A stretch of DNA of 64,000 bases from an uncultured Rivularia sp. (lineage in GTDB: Bacteria > Cyanobacteriota > Cyanobacteriia > Cyanobacteriales > Nostocaceae), in the NCBI GenBank assembly GCA_963665115.1, contig OY762007.1:4256001-4320000 (forward strand), given 5' to 3'. The translations under genes were made by a program, and so were the position numbers. Numbering within the stretch: position 1 is the stretch's first letter; each line of letters opens with the position of its first letter. Of the stretch, positions 8,493 through 18,511 are shown piece by piece. The notes under the pieces were generated by a model that was not told where the DNA came from, searched no databases, and saw only the letters and a list, made by a program, of their open reading frames with translations.

Positions 8493-10310
8493 ATGACAAT
8501 GCTTTTTGATATCGAGCAATATCACCATCGGGATTCACAACATCACAAAGGTGACTGGGATGGTGTAAAGTACGATTCTGCTTGGGATGATGGTTCTGCT
8601 TTTCCACAAATTAACCATAAAACTTCTTCAAAAGAAACAGCACGTAGTAAGAAAACAGACTGTTGGTATACCCCACCTCATATTATTGAATTAGTTATCC
8701 AGGTTTTGGGAGAAATAACTCTTGACCCTTGCGCCGATGATGGACGACATATAAGAGCAGCAAAGCATTATACCTTTGATGACGATGGGTTGAAGCAGCC
8801 TTGGTACGGGAAAGTTTATATGAACCCTCCGTACTCACATCCTGGTCTTTGGATGAAGAAGCTGCAACTAGAATTTGAAACGGGTAATGTGGATGAAGCA
8901 ATTGCTCTTGTACCTGCTGCTACCGATACCAATTGGTTATCTCCGGTTTTGAAAACTCAACCTGTATGTTTTTGGAAGGGGAGAATTAAGTTTTTAGGTC
9001 AAGATTATCAACCAAAATTATCTGCAAGACAGTCTCATGTGTTGGTTTATTGGGGTAACAATTGGCAGAAATTTAGGGAAGTATTTGAAGACTATGGAGT
9101 GGTATATTTCCCAATTCCCCCTGTTGATAATAACGAGGTGCTAGGGGAAAACATATCACTTAACAATTCCCCTAGCACCCGGATGGAAGATAAGAGCCAA
9201 ACCCTTGATAATAGTTCATCAACATCAAATCTTTCAAATGCTCAACTAAGTAATGATGACCAGGTGCTAGGGGGAAATATATCACCTAACAATTACCCTA
9301 GCACCCAGATAGAAGATAACAGCCAAACCCTTGATAGTAGTTCATCAACATCAATTCTTTCAAATACTCAAATAAGTAATGATAACCAGGTGCTAGGGGG
9401 AAATATATCACTTAACAATTCCCCTAGCACCCGGATGGAAGATAAGAGCCAAACCCTTGATAATAGCTCATCGACATCAATTCTTTTAAATACTCAAATA
9501 AGTAATGATGACCAGGTGCTAGGGGAAAACATATCACCTAACAATTCCCCTAGCAACCGAATAGAAGATAATAGCCAAACCCTTGGTAATAATTCATCAA
9601 CATCAATTCTTTCAAATACTCAAGTAAGTAATGATAACCAGGAGAAGCGGGAAAACATATCACCTAACAATTCCCCTAGCACCCGAATAGAAGATGGAAG
9701 CCAAACCCTTGATAGTAGTTCTTCAACATCAAATCTTTCAAATACTCAAGTAGGTAATGATAATCAGGTGCTAGGGGGAAATATATCACTCAACAATTCC
9801 CCTAGCACCCGAATAGAAGATGGAAGCCAAACCCTTGATAATAGTTCTTCAACATCAAATCTTTCAAATGCTCAAGTAAGTAATGATAACCAGGTGCTAG
9901 GGGGAAATATATTACCTAACAATTCCCCTAGCACCCGGATAGAAGATGAAAGTCAAACCCTTGTTAATAGTTCATCAAAATTAAGTCATGCAAATACTCA
10001 ACTAAGTAATGATGACCAGGTGCTAGGGGGAAATATATCACTAAATAATCCCCCTAGCACCTATCGTAAACGCGGTGAGGGCAGCGGTAATATTTCATGG
10101 GGTTATGCAAATGCTAATAGCACTAAAAAGAAACCAGTCAAACAGCTTTATTTCGAGTGGGAATATAGGGGTAAAAGAGGAAAGACTTATGTGCGATCGC
10201 ACTTCTTCGAGCAAGTTATTTCAATGAATGAAGCGAAAGTTCCAGTTGTAGTGATATTGAAATTATTAACTTACAATCCAAAAGTAGCGGGTGCTTTGGG
10301 TCTTAATTAG
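8493..10310 (+). CDS. Phage-type DNA N6-adenine methyltransferase with internal 42-aa tandem repeats
   Basis: DCWYTPP, LDPCA, YMNPPYS, ALVPAATDTNW and GRIKF motifs; S/N-rich repeats; basic C-terminal domain. Confidence 0.8.
   Translation: MTMLFDIEQYHHRDSQHHKGDWDGVKYDSAWDDGSAFPQINHKTSSKETARSKKTDCWYTPPHIIELVIQVLGEITLDPCADDGRHIRAAKHYTFDDDGLKQPWYGKVYMNPPYSHPGLWMKKLQLEFETGNVDEAIALVPAATDTNWLSPVLKTQPVCFWKGRIKFLGQDYQPKLSARQSHVLVYWGNNWQKFREVFEDYGVVYFPIPPVDNNEVLGENISLNNSPSTRMEDKSQTLDNSSSTSNLSNAQLSNDDQVLGGNISPNNYPSTQIEDNSQTLDSSSSTSILSNTQISNDNQVLGGNISLNNSPSTRMEDKSQTLDNSSSTSILLNTQISNDDQVLGENISPNNSPSNRIEDNSQTLGNNSSTSILSNTQVSNDNQEKRENISPNNSPSTRIEDGSQTLDSSSSTSNLSNTQVGNDNQVLGGNISLNNSPSTRIEDGSQTLDNSSSTSNLSNAQVSNDNQVLGGNILPNNSPSTRIEDESQTLVNSSSKLSHANTQLSNDDQVLGGNISLNNPPSTYRKRGEGSGNISWGYANANSTKKKPVKQLYFEWEYRGKRGKTYVRSHFFEQVISMNEAKVPVVVILKLLTYNPKVAGALGLN
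9137..10061 (+). repeat. 126-bp tandem repeat (7 full units plus a partial eighth), each with an internal inverted repeat
   Basis: GGTGCTAGGGG-N21-CCCCTAGCACC starts at 9137, 9263, 9389, 9515, 9641 (degenerate left arm), 9767, 9893 and 10019. Confidence 0.95.
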
Positions 10311-10339
10311 CTATCTTTTTTCATTTATCAACCTTTGCC

Positions 10340-10948
10340 TCAATTGCGTATATCTTTCCTGAGATTTTCTTGAGCGGACACACATACCAATAGCTTTCTT
10401 ACTCCCAACAATAATCGCCAACATATAGCATGAGTTAATCCTGTATAAAGCAAATTCCTGTTCAACATAACAAAATGTTGCGAGTACAATGGCAACAATA
10501 CAACAGGATATTCCGAACCCTGGGATTTGTGAATGCTAACGCTCCAAGCCAAAGCCAGTTCGTTTAAATCAGCATAATCGTAAATAACTTCGCGTTCTTG
10601 GAACTTGACAATTACTTCCTGTTCTTCGGTGTCAATATGAATAATAAAATCCATATCACCGTTAAAAACTTCCCGTTGGTAATAGGAAGGTTAATTGAAT
10701 TACCCTATCCCCTACTCGAAAAATTATTCCGCCTCTAGTTACTTCAACCTTCTGGGGGACTAGGAGGATTAATGAGTTTTTGCAGTACGTTGTTAAGATT
10801 GCGCGTACCTACCAAGCCGTTTCAACAGCTTGATGTTGTTCGGGTGATAGCGAAACTTTACGGCTTTGGCTAAAACGTTCTAACCAAGTATGAACACGGG
10901 GAATGTCGGGATTAATGGGTTGATGTAAACGAGAAAGTATAAGTTGCG
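10340..10948 (-). pseudogene. recD2: RecD2-like SF1 helicase remnant with internal deletion and frameshifts
   Basis: LALAWSVSIHKSQGSEYPVV...RNLLYTGLT, plus upstream fragments GLVGTRNLNNVLQ, FRVGDRVIQ and LSPEQHQAV in other frames. Confidence 0.8.
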
Positions 10949-10955
10949 CTAGGTT

Positions 10956-11999
10956 TTGTTCGGTGTGGAAGAAGGTTGGTTTGTAACGACGAGCAATGTA
11001 GATTCAGCATCACGTTCTCTAATTAATTCATCCGAGCGCGACATATCACAGATGACTTTTGTTAATCCATCCTCATACAAAGACGTTGCTCTTTCTCCCG
11101 CACCTTTAGATGTCACCATGCGTCGGGCTGGGGTAATGATGAAACCATATTTTACTCTCACTCGAAATTATTACCCTAAAAACAATAACTTCTTTTATGC
11201 TGCTCACTGGTGGCATCCAGCGGTTTATGAGTCAATGATGATCGGTGGAAATGACTCAGAGCAAGACAAAATGCTCAACCAAATGGAAGACGTATTTCAG
11301 TCGGAGGTAATTCCTAATCCACCAATGAGAATGTTGCTGACTCGTGAAGGTGCGCCGCGCTATAGCCGTTTATCTCCAGAAACTGCGAATGTTTTCGACA
11401 ATCTACATATGCTCCACGGTATTACCTACGATATCTTTGCCTACGACGGTTGGACAGTTGAGCAAAAGCGAGCCGAACTTTATCGCGTGCTTAAAGCTCT
11501 AGGCTATCAACATCATCGAGTTAATCATCATCATCGAGTTACTACACCCAAACCCAATTTTAATCCTTTAGCTTACGATGAGTGGGCTAAAAGTGCTGAT
11601 GGCTCAATAACGCGGATGATGATGGAAATGATGCAAGAAATGATGCCAATGATGCACGCTTCGATGAATTCGGGAATGCGATCGCCAATGCAGAGGAATA
11701 TGAATGGTGGAATGAGCCAAGAAATGCATCAAAAAATGATGGCGCAGTTAAAAATGAAATTAACTCCCGGTATTCAGTCAGGGGAAATTCCCGGCTCTTG
11801 GATGGATGCAATGAAAGTTTTGATGCCAAATATGAAAATGTCAGCGGAAGCAATGCAGCCAGGAAAAATTAATCCGATGATGGTAGAAGCCATGCTCAAG
11901 GGTTGGCAAGAAAAATACGGTAATTTGCCCGATATCGAATCTATATCAATGGATACCGAACCCTCTGCACAAGATATTTTGGCACAAACCCAAAAGTAA
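10956..11999 (+). CDS. Met/His-rich hypothetical protein, probably N-terminally truncated
   Basis: HWWHP, DNLHMLHG and a very Met-rich C-terminal half; weak TTG start next to the recD2 remnant. Confidence 0.55.
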   Translation: MFGVEEGWFVTTSNVDSASRSLINSSERDISQMTFVNPSSYKDVALSPAPLDVTMRRAGVMMKPYFTLTRNYYPKNNNFFYAAHWWHPAVYESMMIGGNDSEQDKMLNQMEDVFQSEVIPNPPMRMLLTREGAPRYSRLSPETANVFDNLHMLHGITYDIFAYDGWTVEQKRAELYRVLKALGYQHHRVNHHHRVTTPKPNFNPLAYDEWAKSADGSITRMMMEMMQEMMPMMHASMNSGMRSPMQRNMNGGMSQEMHQKMMAQLKMKLTPGIQSGEIPGSWMDAMKVLMPNMKMSAEAMQPGKINPMMVEAMLKGWQEKYGNLPDIESISMDTEPSAQDILAQTQK

Positions 12000-12034
12000 A
12001 ATCTCTTTTCTTAAATTACACAATCTATACATTT

Positions 12035-12815
12035 ATGAATATACAGAAATTGAAATGTACAGGTATCATAGCTGGATTATTTTTAGGATTAACAGCGATT
12101 ATTTCTTTTCCTAAAACTGCTCAAGCTGCCGACCATTTAAACTTAGAAGAAGGATTACCAACGGAAGTTGAAGATGCTTACCCCATACCCTACAAAGGTA
12201 TCGAATTACAAGGAGTCACCAAATATGACCGGATTAACGGCAAAGATAGTTTTGTCATTGAACCGCGTGTAGAATACGCTATCGCTCCTAATACTCAAGC
12301 TACAATCTCGGTTCCTTTTCAATTTGGTTCCGCAGAAGATGATGGTATTAGTGATGTGGGAATAGAATTTTTGTACAACTTCAATGCCGAATCTTTGAAA
12401 ACTCCTGAAGAAAGCAGTTTCTGTTGGTGCGAATGCTCCTTATTGTGAAGGTAGTGCTGGAGTTGTGTGTAGAGTTAAGTTAATTATGACCAAAACCTTG
12501 GGTGCTGGAGCTAATCTAGATAGACTTCATCTCAATGTTGGTTATACCTTTAACGATGCAAAGAAGAATGATGAAAGAAGAAATGTTGTTAAAGCGGTTG
12601 CAGGTTACAGTCGTCGTTTGGGTTCGTCCACTATATTGGTGACGGATTTTGTTTACGAACAAGAAAAAGAAGATAGTGTTGATGCTTATATTTTAGCTGC
12701 CGGTATTCGTCAACAAGCTACACCGATTACAGTTTGGTCTGTTGGTGCTGGAGTTGGATTAAGTGATGATTCTCCAGATTTTAGAATTACGGGTGGAATT
12801 CAGCAGTCTTTGTAA
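12035..12815 (+). pseudogene. Outer-membrane beta-barrel/transporter-like protein split by a frameshift near 12405-12413
   Basis: Signal peptide, amphipathic beta strands, C-terminal ...ITGGIQQSL; the +1 frame continues AVSVGANAP into ORF 12465. Confidence 0.6.
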
Positions 12816-12970
12816 TTATAGATATTTTCCGAACGGCTGCAACTACTTTACTACTGCACAATTAATGCATTGGGTGGGCTTTTCCATAAGTCCACCCTTT
12901 CACAATGCCAGAAAAATATATCTTTTTTTACTTGTACTCTTAAACTATTCATATTTAACAAAGTTTGTAG

Positions 12971-13435
12971 TTAACTTAAAATTGCTTGCTTGAGCTTTTC
13001 TCGCAGTTGGTTAAGTACTTTCACCGCAACCTGTAACTCTTCTGCGTTCATATCTTCGGCAAGTATTTCGGCTGCTTGAGCATTTTTAAAAGTAAAGTCC
13101 TCAAATAATGTTTCTCCTTTCGCAGTTATGACTAACAGCTTTGATGTTTTATGCGCTGGATTATCAACCGACTCAATCAAACCTTCTTTTATCATTTCAT
13201 TGGCTAATTTCTGAATACCTTGACGGGAAACAGGACGAGAACGAGCGATTTGAGCGACTGTCTGCGCTCCTTCGTTTTTTAAACTATTTAGCATTCCCCA
13301 ATAACTACCCGATGATTTTATCGTTCCCATACGTTTACCTCCTTCCCGCAACAAGAAATAAGTGTAGGTTGTCTCGATAAAAAGTTCTTCCATCGCTTTT
13401 CCTGCCTGGGTTCTGGCCACGGGCTTGTCTTTCAT
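12971..13435 (-). CDS. MarR-family transcriptional regulator
   Basis: wHTH QTVAQIARSRPVSRQ...DNPAHKTSKLLVIT; GGGAG RBS before ATG 13435. Confidence 0.85.
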   Translation of the reverse strand: MKDKPVARTQAGKAMEELFIETTYTYFLLREGGKRMGTIKSSGSYWGMLNSLKNEGAQTVAQIARSRPVSRQGIQKLANEMIKEGLIESVDNPAHKTSKLLVITAKGETLFEDFTFKNAQAAEILAEDMNAEELQVAVKVLNQLREKLKQAILS

Positions 13436-13468
13436 TGCCAACACTCCCAATCAAATTTCATTAACTGT

Positions 13469-13510
13469 TTATGACAACTAGTTGTCATAATGGTAATTAG
13501 TTGTCATAAT
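13469..13510. promoter_or_regulatory. Probable MarR operator
   Basis: Perfect 22-bp palindrome TTATGACAACTAGTTGTCATAA (13469-13490) plus an extra half-site TAGTTGTCATAA, between divergent genes. Confidence 0.8.
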
Positions 13511-13533
13511 TCTAGTGTAATTGAATTCGTGTT

Positions 13534-14127
13534 ATGAACTATATTTCATCACAGTTTGGCAATCCTAGAGGAATCTTAGGGCGATTTTTTGGTCTGCTAA
13601 TGACACAAACTAATCAAGCCAAAGATCACTGGACAATAAAGATGCTTAACGTTGAACCCGAAGACCATATCTTAGAAATCGGATTTGGCTCAGGTGTGGC
13701 AATCCAAAAAATGTCTCGAATTACTAAATGCGGATTTATTGCTGGTATTGACCGTTCGGAAGTTATGTTAAATCAAGCAAGCAATCGAAATAGACAGGCT
13801 ATTGAACGGGGATTGGTTGAATTGAAACATGGGGAAGTTGCACATTTGCCTTATGGGGATAAAACCTTTGATAAAGCCATAAGTAGCAACTCCCATTTTT
13901 TTTGGATTAATCCGGTTGAAAGTTTAAAAGAAGTACGTCGAGTTTTGAAACCGGGTGGATTGATTGTACTTACTTGGCAACCGAGATGGGCAAAAACGGA
14001 AGCCATGCTGACCGAAAGCGCTCAAAACACCAAAGCGCAACTTAAAGTAGCGGGATTTATTGATATTCAACTGAAGTTTAAAGCGATGAAACCTGTATAT
14101 TGTATCTGCTTGCAGGGAATTAAATAG
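13534..14127 (+). CDS. Class I SAM-dependent methyltransferase
   Basis: ILEIGFGSG, GIDRS, LPYGDKTFD and RVLKPGG motifs. Confidence 0.9.
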   Translation: MNYISSQFGNPRGILGRFFGLLMTQTNQAKDHWTIKMLNVEPEDHILEIGFGSGVAIQKMSRITKCGFIAGIDRSEVMLNQASNRNRQAIERGLVELKHGEVAHLPYGDKTFDKAISSNSHFFWINPVESLKEVRRVLKPGGLIVLTWQPRWAKTEAMLTESAQNTKAQLKVAGFIDIQLKFKAMKPVYCICLQGIK

Positions 14128-14153
14128 TTTCGGAAGCATTACTGGAGAACGCT

Positions 14154-14648
14154 GTGATTTTAAACATTGCTCGATTACTTAGTCTTGTGCTTACTTCAAT
14201 TGCCACAGGGGTAGCTTTATGTCATGCACTCGAACTTCCCAACAAAATGGCGTTATCTGCTTCTATGTGGCTCAACGTACAGAAGGTGTTATATAACGGC
14301 TTCGGCAAAATTCTGGGACCAGTAGAATATGGTGCTTTAGCGACAACTTTACTTGTGCTGTTTTTGGTTCGCAAGCAACGGAGAACTTTTATACTGACAT
14401 TGATTACTTCAGTCTTGATTGCTATAGCGCTAATAGTTTGGTTAAGCTTTGTTGGTCCAGCAAACCTCAGAGTTGATACTGCACTAACAGTTCCGATTGA
14501 TTGGATGCAGATACGCAATCAATGGGAGTATGGACACGCTACTCGTGCTGGTTTGTTTTTGGTAGCACTGATAACGTTGAGTCTCTCTATACTTTCCGAT
14601 ATACCAATCGGTAATAACCGGAATATGAGATATCGCGATAATAATTAA
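14154..14648 (+). CDS. DUF1772/anthrone oxygenase-like membrane protein
   Basis: Four TM helices; DWMQIRNQWEYGHATR motif. Confidence 0.7.
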   Translation: MILNIARLLSLVLTSIATGVALCHALELPNKMALSASMWLNVQKVLYNGFGKILGPVEYGALATTLLVLFLVRKQRRTFILTLITSVLIAIALIVWLSFVGPANLRVDTALTVPIDWMQIRNQWEYGHATRAGLFLVALITLSLSILSDIPIGNNRNMRYRDNN

Positions 14649-14690
14649 AGTCTTAAATATTGAGGAGAAGAATATTTTAATTAATTCTCT

Positions 14691-16058
14691 CTATGCCCTT
14701 TTAATTAATTTAGTACGAGATGATTGATTACAAGGTAATATAACAATGAAAGTGCTACCTTTTCCAACTTCACTTTCTACTTCCAAACTACCGTGATGAG
14801 ATACTACAATAGCTTTTGCAATTGCTAATCCTAAACCCGAACCACCAGTATGACGAGAACGGTCACTATTAACTCGATAAAAGCGGTCAAAAACGTTAGA
14901 AAGTTCATTCTTGGGAATACCAATACCCGTATCTTTGACTCGAACTTCAGCTTCCGTTTCATACTTATCTAAAATAACTGTGACTTCCCCACCAGGTAAA
15001 GTATACTGAATTGCATTTACTATTAAATTAGAAAATAAGCGATAAAGCTGTTCGGTATTACCAATAATATTTATTTCCTTGTTAATACGAATTTCCGATT
15101 TCAAGGTAACATCAGATGAAATTGCCATTGCTGCAAATTCTTCTATCAAGTCCTCAATAATATCATTTAAAGAACATAATTCCCGCTGTACAGAAAGGGA
15201 TTGTCTATCAAAGCGAGAAAGCATTAATAAATCTACTACTAAACTAGTAAGACGTTGATTTTGACGCTTGATAGTTCCGAGAATATCCCATGCTTCTTTA
15301 ATGTCTAAATCTGGCATTAATAAAACTGAATCTATTGTTGCTTGAATTGCGGCTAACGGTGTTCTTAATTCATGAGCAGCGTCGGCTGTAAATTGTTGAA
15401 TTTGTCTGTAAGATTGATAAATTGGTCGCATTGCTAAACCTGCCAACCACCAACTAGCAAAAGCAATCATTGTCATCGCTGTCGGTAATCCTACTAACAG
15501 ACTTAATTTAACTGCATCCATATAGCTGTTAACATCGGCTATATTTCTTCCAACTTGTAAATATCCCCAATCGCGATTATCTTTGGTGTGTAATTCTAAT
15601 GACATTTGATGGTAAAAATTACCAGTATCGTCTTGAATTGTTTGCCAAAGTTTCTGATTAAAATCTGAAGATTCAGCTTGTGGGAAAGAACCTGCAACTG
15701 CTATTAAACGTGCCGAATTACCAAACAAACGCACGTAATAACCTTGATGAATTGCGTTTAGAATATGTCGTTGAGCAGTAGAATTTTGCGATATGCAACC
15801 CGTTTCTACTACACAAATACTTGGTAAAACTTCTCTTACAATTGGTTCTACTTTTTCGGGCTGTTTTAGCTTGGATTCTAAATTATTATGTAAACTTCTA
15901 GCGACAAATTCTAATTCTCTATCTAAAGCTTCCGAATGAGCATGAGATACTGCGGTGTATAAACCTGAGCCGCAAACGGTTAAAATTAAACCCATAACAA
16001 TAGCATACCAAAGTGCTAATCGAAATCGAGTTCTTTGAAAAAGTTTATTTTGATTCAT
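14691..16058 (-). CDS. rppB: Sensor histidine kinase, RppB/NrsS/CopS-like
   Basis: Two TM segments, FTADAAHELRTP H-box, N/G1/F/G2 boxes. Confidence 0.9.
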   Translation of the reverse strand: MNQNKLFQRTRFRLALWYAIVMGLILTVCGSGLYTAVSHAHSEALDRELEFVARSLHNNLESKLKQPEKVEPIVREVLPSICVVETGCISQNSTAQRHILNAIHQGYYVRLFGNSARLIAVAGSFPQAESSDFNQKLWQTIQDDTGNFYHQMSLELHTKDNRDWGYLQVGRNIADVNSYMDAVKLSLLVGLPTAMTMIAFASWWLAGLAMRPIYQSYRQIQQFTADAAHELRTPLAAIQATIDSVLLMPDLDIKEAWDILGTIKRQNQRLTSLVVDLLMLSRFDRQSLSVQRELCSLNDIIEDLIEEFAAMAISSDVTLKSEIRINKEINIIGNTEQLYRLFSNLIVNAIQYTLPGGEVTVILDKYETEAEVRVKDTGIGIPKNELSNVFDRFYRVNSDRSRHTGGSGLGLAIAKAIVVSHHGSLEVESEVGKGSTFIVILPCNQSSRTKLIKRA

Positions 16059-16066
16059 GTTTATAA

Positions 16067-16762
16067 TTAATTCTTAAAATTAAAACGATATCCCATACCA
16101 TGTAAAGTTTCGATGGGATTTCCACAGCCGCTAGCAGCTAATTTTCGTCGTAATAAACGTACCTGTGCGGCTACTACATTGCTACTTGATTCTGCACTTG
16201 CTTCCCAAAGTTGATTGCGAATTTGTTCGGTTGTGAGAATTTGGTTGGGGTGGTTCATAAAATATTCTAGTAACTGAAATTCTTTGTTAGTCAAAGACAT
16301 TTCTTGTTTATCTGATGAAGCATTTTTATTAATTATTGTATTATTCCCATAGTCCAAAGTTAGATTACCCATAGTAACTTGAGGGGGTTGAAATTGAGGT
16401 ACCCTTCTTTGCAAAGCTCGTAACCTTGCCAATAATTCCTCCATCCCAAAAGGTTTCACTAAATAATCATCTGCCCCAGCATCCAAACCAGCTACCTTAT
16501 CTTCCATACTATCTTTAGCTGTTAACATTAAAACGGGCATCGCATTTTTATTCTGACGCAGTTTTTGACATAATTCCAATCCCGAGATTCCTGGAAGCAG
16601 CCAATCGAAAATACCTATTTTATATTCCGTCCATTTATCTTCTAAAAGCTCCCATGCTTCATTACCATCCATTACCCAATCAACTAAATACCTTTGTTGA
16701 GTTAAAATTCGCTTAATCGCTGCACCCAAATCCGGTTCGTCTTCTACTAATAGTATTCTCAT
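16067..16762 (-). CDS. rppA: OmpR-family response regulator, RppA/NrsR/CopR-like
   Basis: MRILLVEDE, FDWLLPG, GADDYLVKPF and NVVAAQVRLLRRKL. Confidence 0.9.
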   Translation of the reverse strand: MRILLVEDEPDLGAAIKRILTQQRYLVDWVMDGNEAWELLEDKWTEYKIGIFDWLLPGISGLELCQKLRQNKNAMPVLMLTAKDSMEDKVAGLDAGADDYLVKPFGMEELLARLRALQRRVPQFQPPQVTMGNLTLDYGNNTIINKNASSDKQEMSLTNKEFQLLEYFMNHPNQILTTEQIRNQLWEASAESSSNVVAAQVRLLRRKLAASGCGNPIETLHGMGYRFNFKN

Positions 16763-16823
16763 AAAACACCCATAAAATTTGAGTTTAATAAATTTCACTC
16801 TAAAAATAGATTTACATAAAATT

Positions 16824-16840
16824 ATGAAATTAGGATGAAA
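16824..16840 (-). promoter_or_regulatory. TTTCAT-N5-TTTCAT box upstream of rppA
   Basis: ATGAAATTAGGATGAAA on the + strand. Confidence 0.8.
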
Positions 16841-16982
16841 ACTAAAGCGATATCTCTTATTTACGCTATTTGAATGCTTTCAAGGTGGATTCTTTTTAAT
16901 ATTATTCTACTGTTTGGATAAAAAATATTGTTAATGAATCTAGGTTAAATTGTACAAATAACAATCTTCATAACATACAAGT

Positions 16983-16999
16983 ATGAAATCAAGATGAAA
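16983..16999 (-). promoter_or_regulatory. TTTCAT-N5-TTTCAT box between rppA and the Csp-like gene
   Basis: ATGAAATCAAGATGAAA on the + strand. Confidence 0.7.
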
Positions 17000-17099
17000 T
17001 CGACTTACATCAATAGTTAGAAATAATATTATTTCTTTTGTTAGATGGAACGGTGCTTTATTAGCGAATAATCTGAACACATAGTAAGTAATAAAAGCT

Positions 17100-17447
17100 A
17101 TGACGACTACTCAAACTCAGCCCTCCAATTTGGATTCTTGTATTCAAGTTTGTCTAGATTGCTTGAAAGATTGTGAAAATTGCGCCACTGCTTGTTTAAG
17201 CAGCGATATGGTGCAAATGATGTCGGAATGCATCAAATTATGTCGAGACTGTTCGGATACCTGCTCTCTGTGCGCTCGTTTGATGGTGCGTCAGTCAGGT
17301 ATTCATGCTCAAATGTGCGGTGTATGTGCTGAAGCTTGCGACCGTTGTGCCGCTGAATGTAGCAAACACGACAGCGACCACTGCCAACGCTGTGCCCAAT
17401 CCTGCCGTCGTTGTGCAGAGTCTTGTCGTCAAATGGCGACTGCATAA
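17100..17447 (+). CDS. Four-helix-bundle copper storage protein (DUF326/Csp3-like)
   Basis: Repeated CxxxC/CxxC motifs across 115 aa; no signal peptide. Confidence 0.9.
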   Translation: MTTTQTQPSNLDSCIQVCLDCLKDCENCATACLSSDMVQMMSECIKLCRDCSDTCSLCARLMVRQSGIHAQMCGVCAEACDRCAAECSKHDSDHCQRCAQSCRRCAESCRQMATA

Positions 17448-17560
17448 GTAATTATTACTGTCTAGCTGTCAGGATATTAGTGTAGCGTGTTCCTTTGAAG
17501 CTACATTATCCCTCAGCTAGTAATTATGCTTTTCACATTTAAAATATTTTCTCAAACCAC

Positions 17561-17592
17561 TTGACTCTATAGTTAACTTGAGATTTTACCTT
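17561..17592 (+). promoter_or_regulatory. MerR-type promoter/operator
   Basis: TTGACT-20 bp-TACCTT with dyad CTCTATAGTTAACTTGAG. Confidence 0.75.
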
Positions 17593-17619
17593 TGATGTAT
17601 AGTTGCTCGAATAAAGAAT

Positions 17620-18412
17620 ATGAATAGCACAACCTTAGAAAAAGTTAGACTATATCGGATGTCTACCCCAGAACACGAATGTCCCTTGGGGATTAAAAGC
17701 AGTTAATCTACTTCAGGAAAAAGGAATTGACTTTGAAGATCATAAACTTACATCTCGTGAAGAAATAGATGAATTCAAAGCCAAACATCATGTCGAAACC
17801 ACACCACAGATTTTCTCTGGTGACGAAAGAATTGGTGGCTATACCGATTTAGCCGAAAAGCTAGACGTTGAAGCAGAAGGTGCAGAATATTCCTATACTC
17901 CCGTTATTGCCATATTTTCCAGCGCAGGATTGATGGCTTTAGCAACGACTATGGGGTTGACTGGCTTTATGGGTTTCTCCCTTTCCTTGCTAGCTACTTT
18001 AAAGCTGATGGATATCGAATCTTTTGCTGAGAGTTTCGAGAAGTATGATTTGATAACCAAAAAAATTAAACCCTATGCCAAAGTATATCCATTCGCAGAA
18101 TTAGCGATTGGTTTGGGTTATCTTTCCGGAATTGCACCACTATTAACCGGAATCACTTCTTTATTCGTTGGTGTTAGCGGTGGTATTTCGGTATTTAAAG
18201 CAGTGTATATTGATAAACTTGCGCTCAACTGTGCTTGTGTTGGAGGAAATTCCAAAGCACCTTTAGGGGTTGTTAGCTTTACTGAAAATGCGATTATGGC
18301 AATTATGGGAGGAATGTTGATTTACTCTGCTGCTACAGGAGAAGTGGAATCTGCAAAGATTAAAGAAATTGAACCTGCTGCGGTTGTTCAAATGCAAGAT
18401 GCAAAAAGATAG
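17620..18412 (+). CDS. Glutaredoxin-MauE/DoxX fusion protein (apparent +1 frameshift at CCC 17683-17685)
   Basis: Removing one C gives HECPWGLKA...TTPQIF...RIGGYTDL in frame with ORF 17930 (LNCACVGG MauE motif). Confidence 0.8.
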
Positions 18413-18446
18413 TCAGAGAATACAGATACTTCTAACTATCATCAGC

Positions 18447-18478
18447 TTGACTCTCTAGTTAACTAGAGAGTTTATCAT
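18447..18478 (+). promoter_or_regulatory. MerR-type promoter/operator (autoregulatory)
   Basis: TTGACT-20 bp-TATCAT containing the perfect dyad ACTCTCTAGTTAACTAGAGAGT. Confidence 0.85.
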
Positions 18479-18511
18479 TAAGAAATCGTAGAAATAGGCA
18501 GTGAAAAAACT

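Noticed and set aside
9137..10061. CRISPR array
   Set aside because: The sequences between the palindromes are near-identical rather than unique spacers, the period is 126 bp, the array is in frame within a CDS, and no cas genes are present
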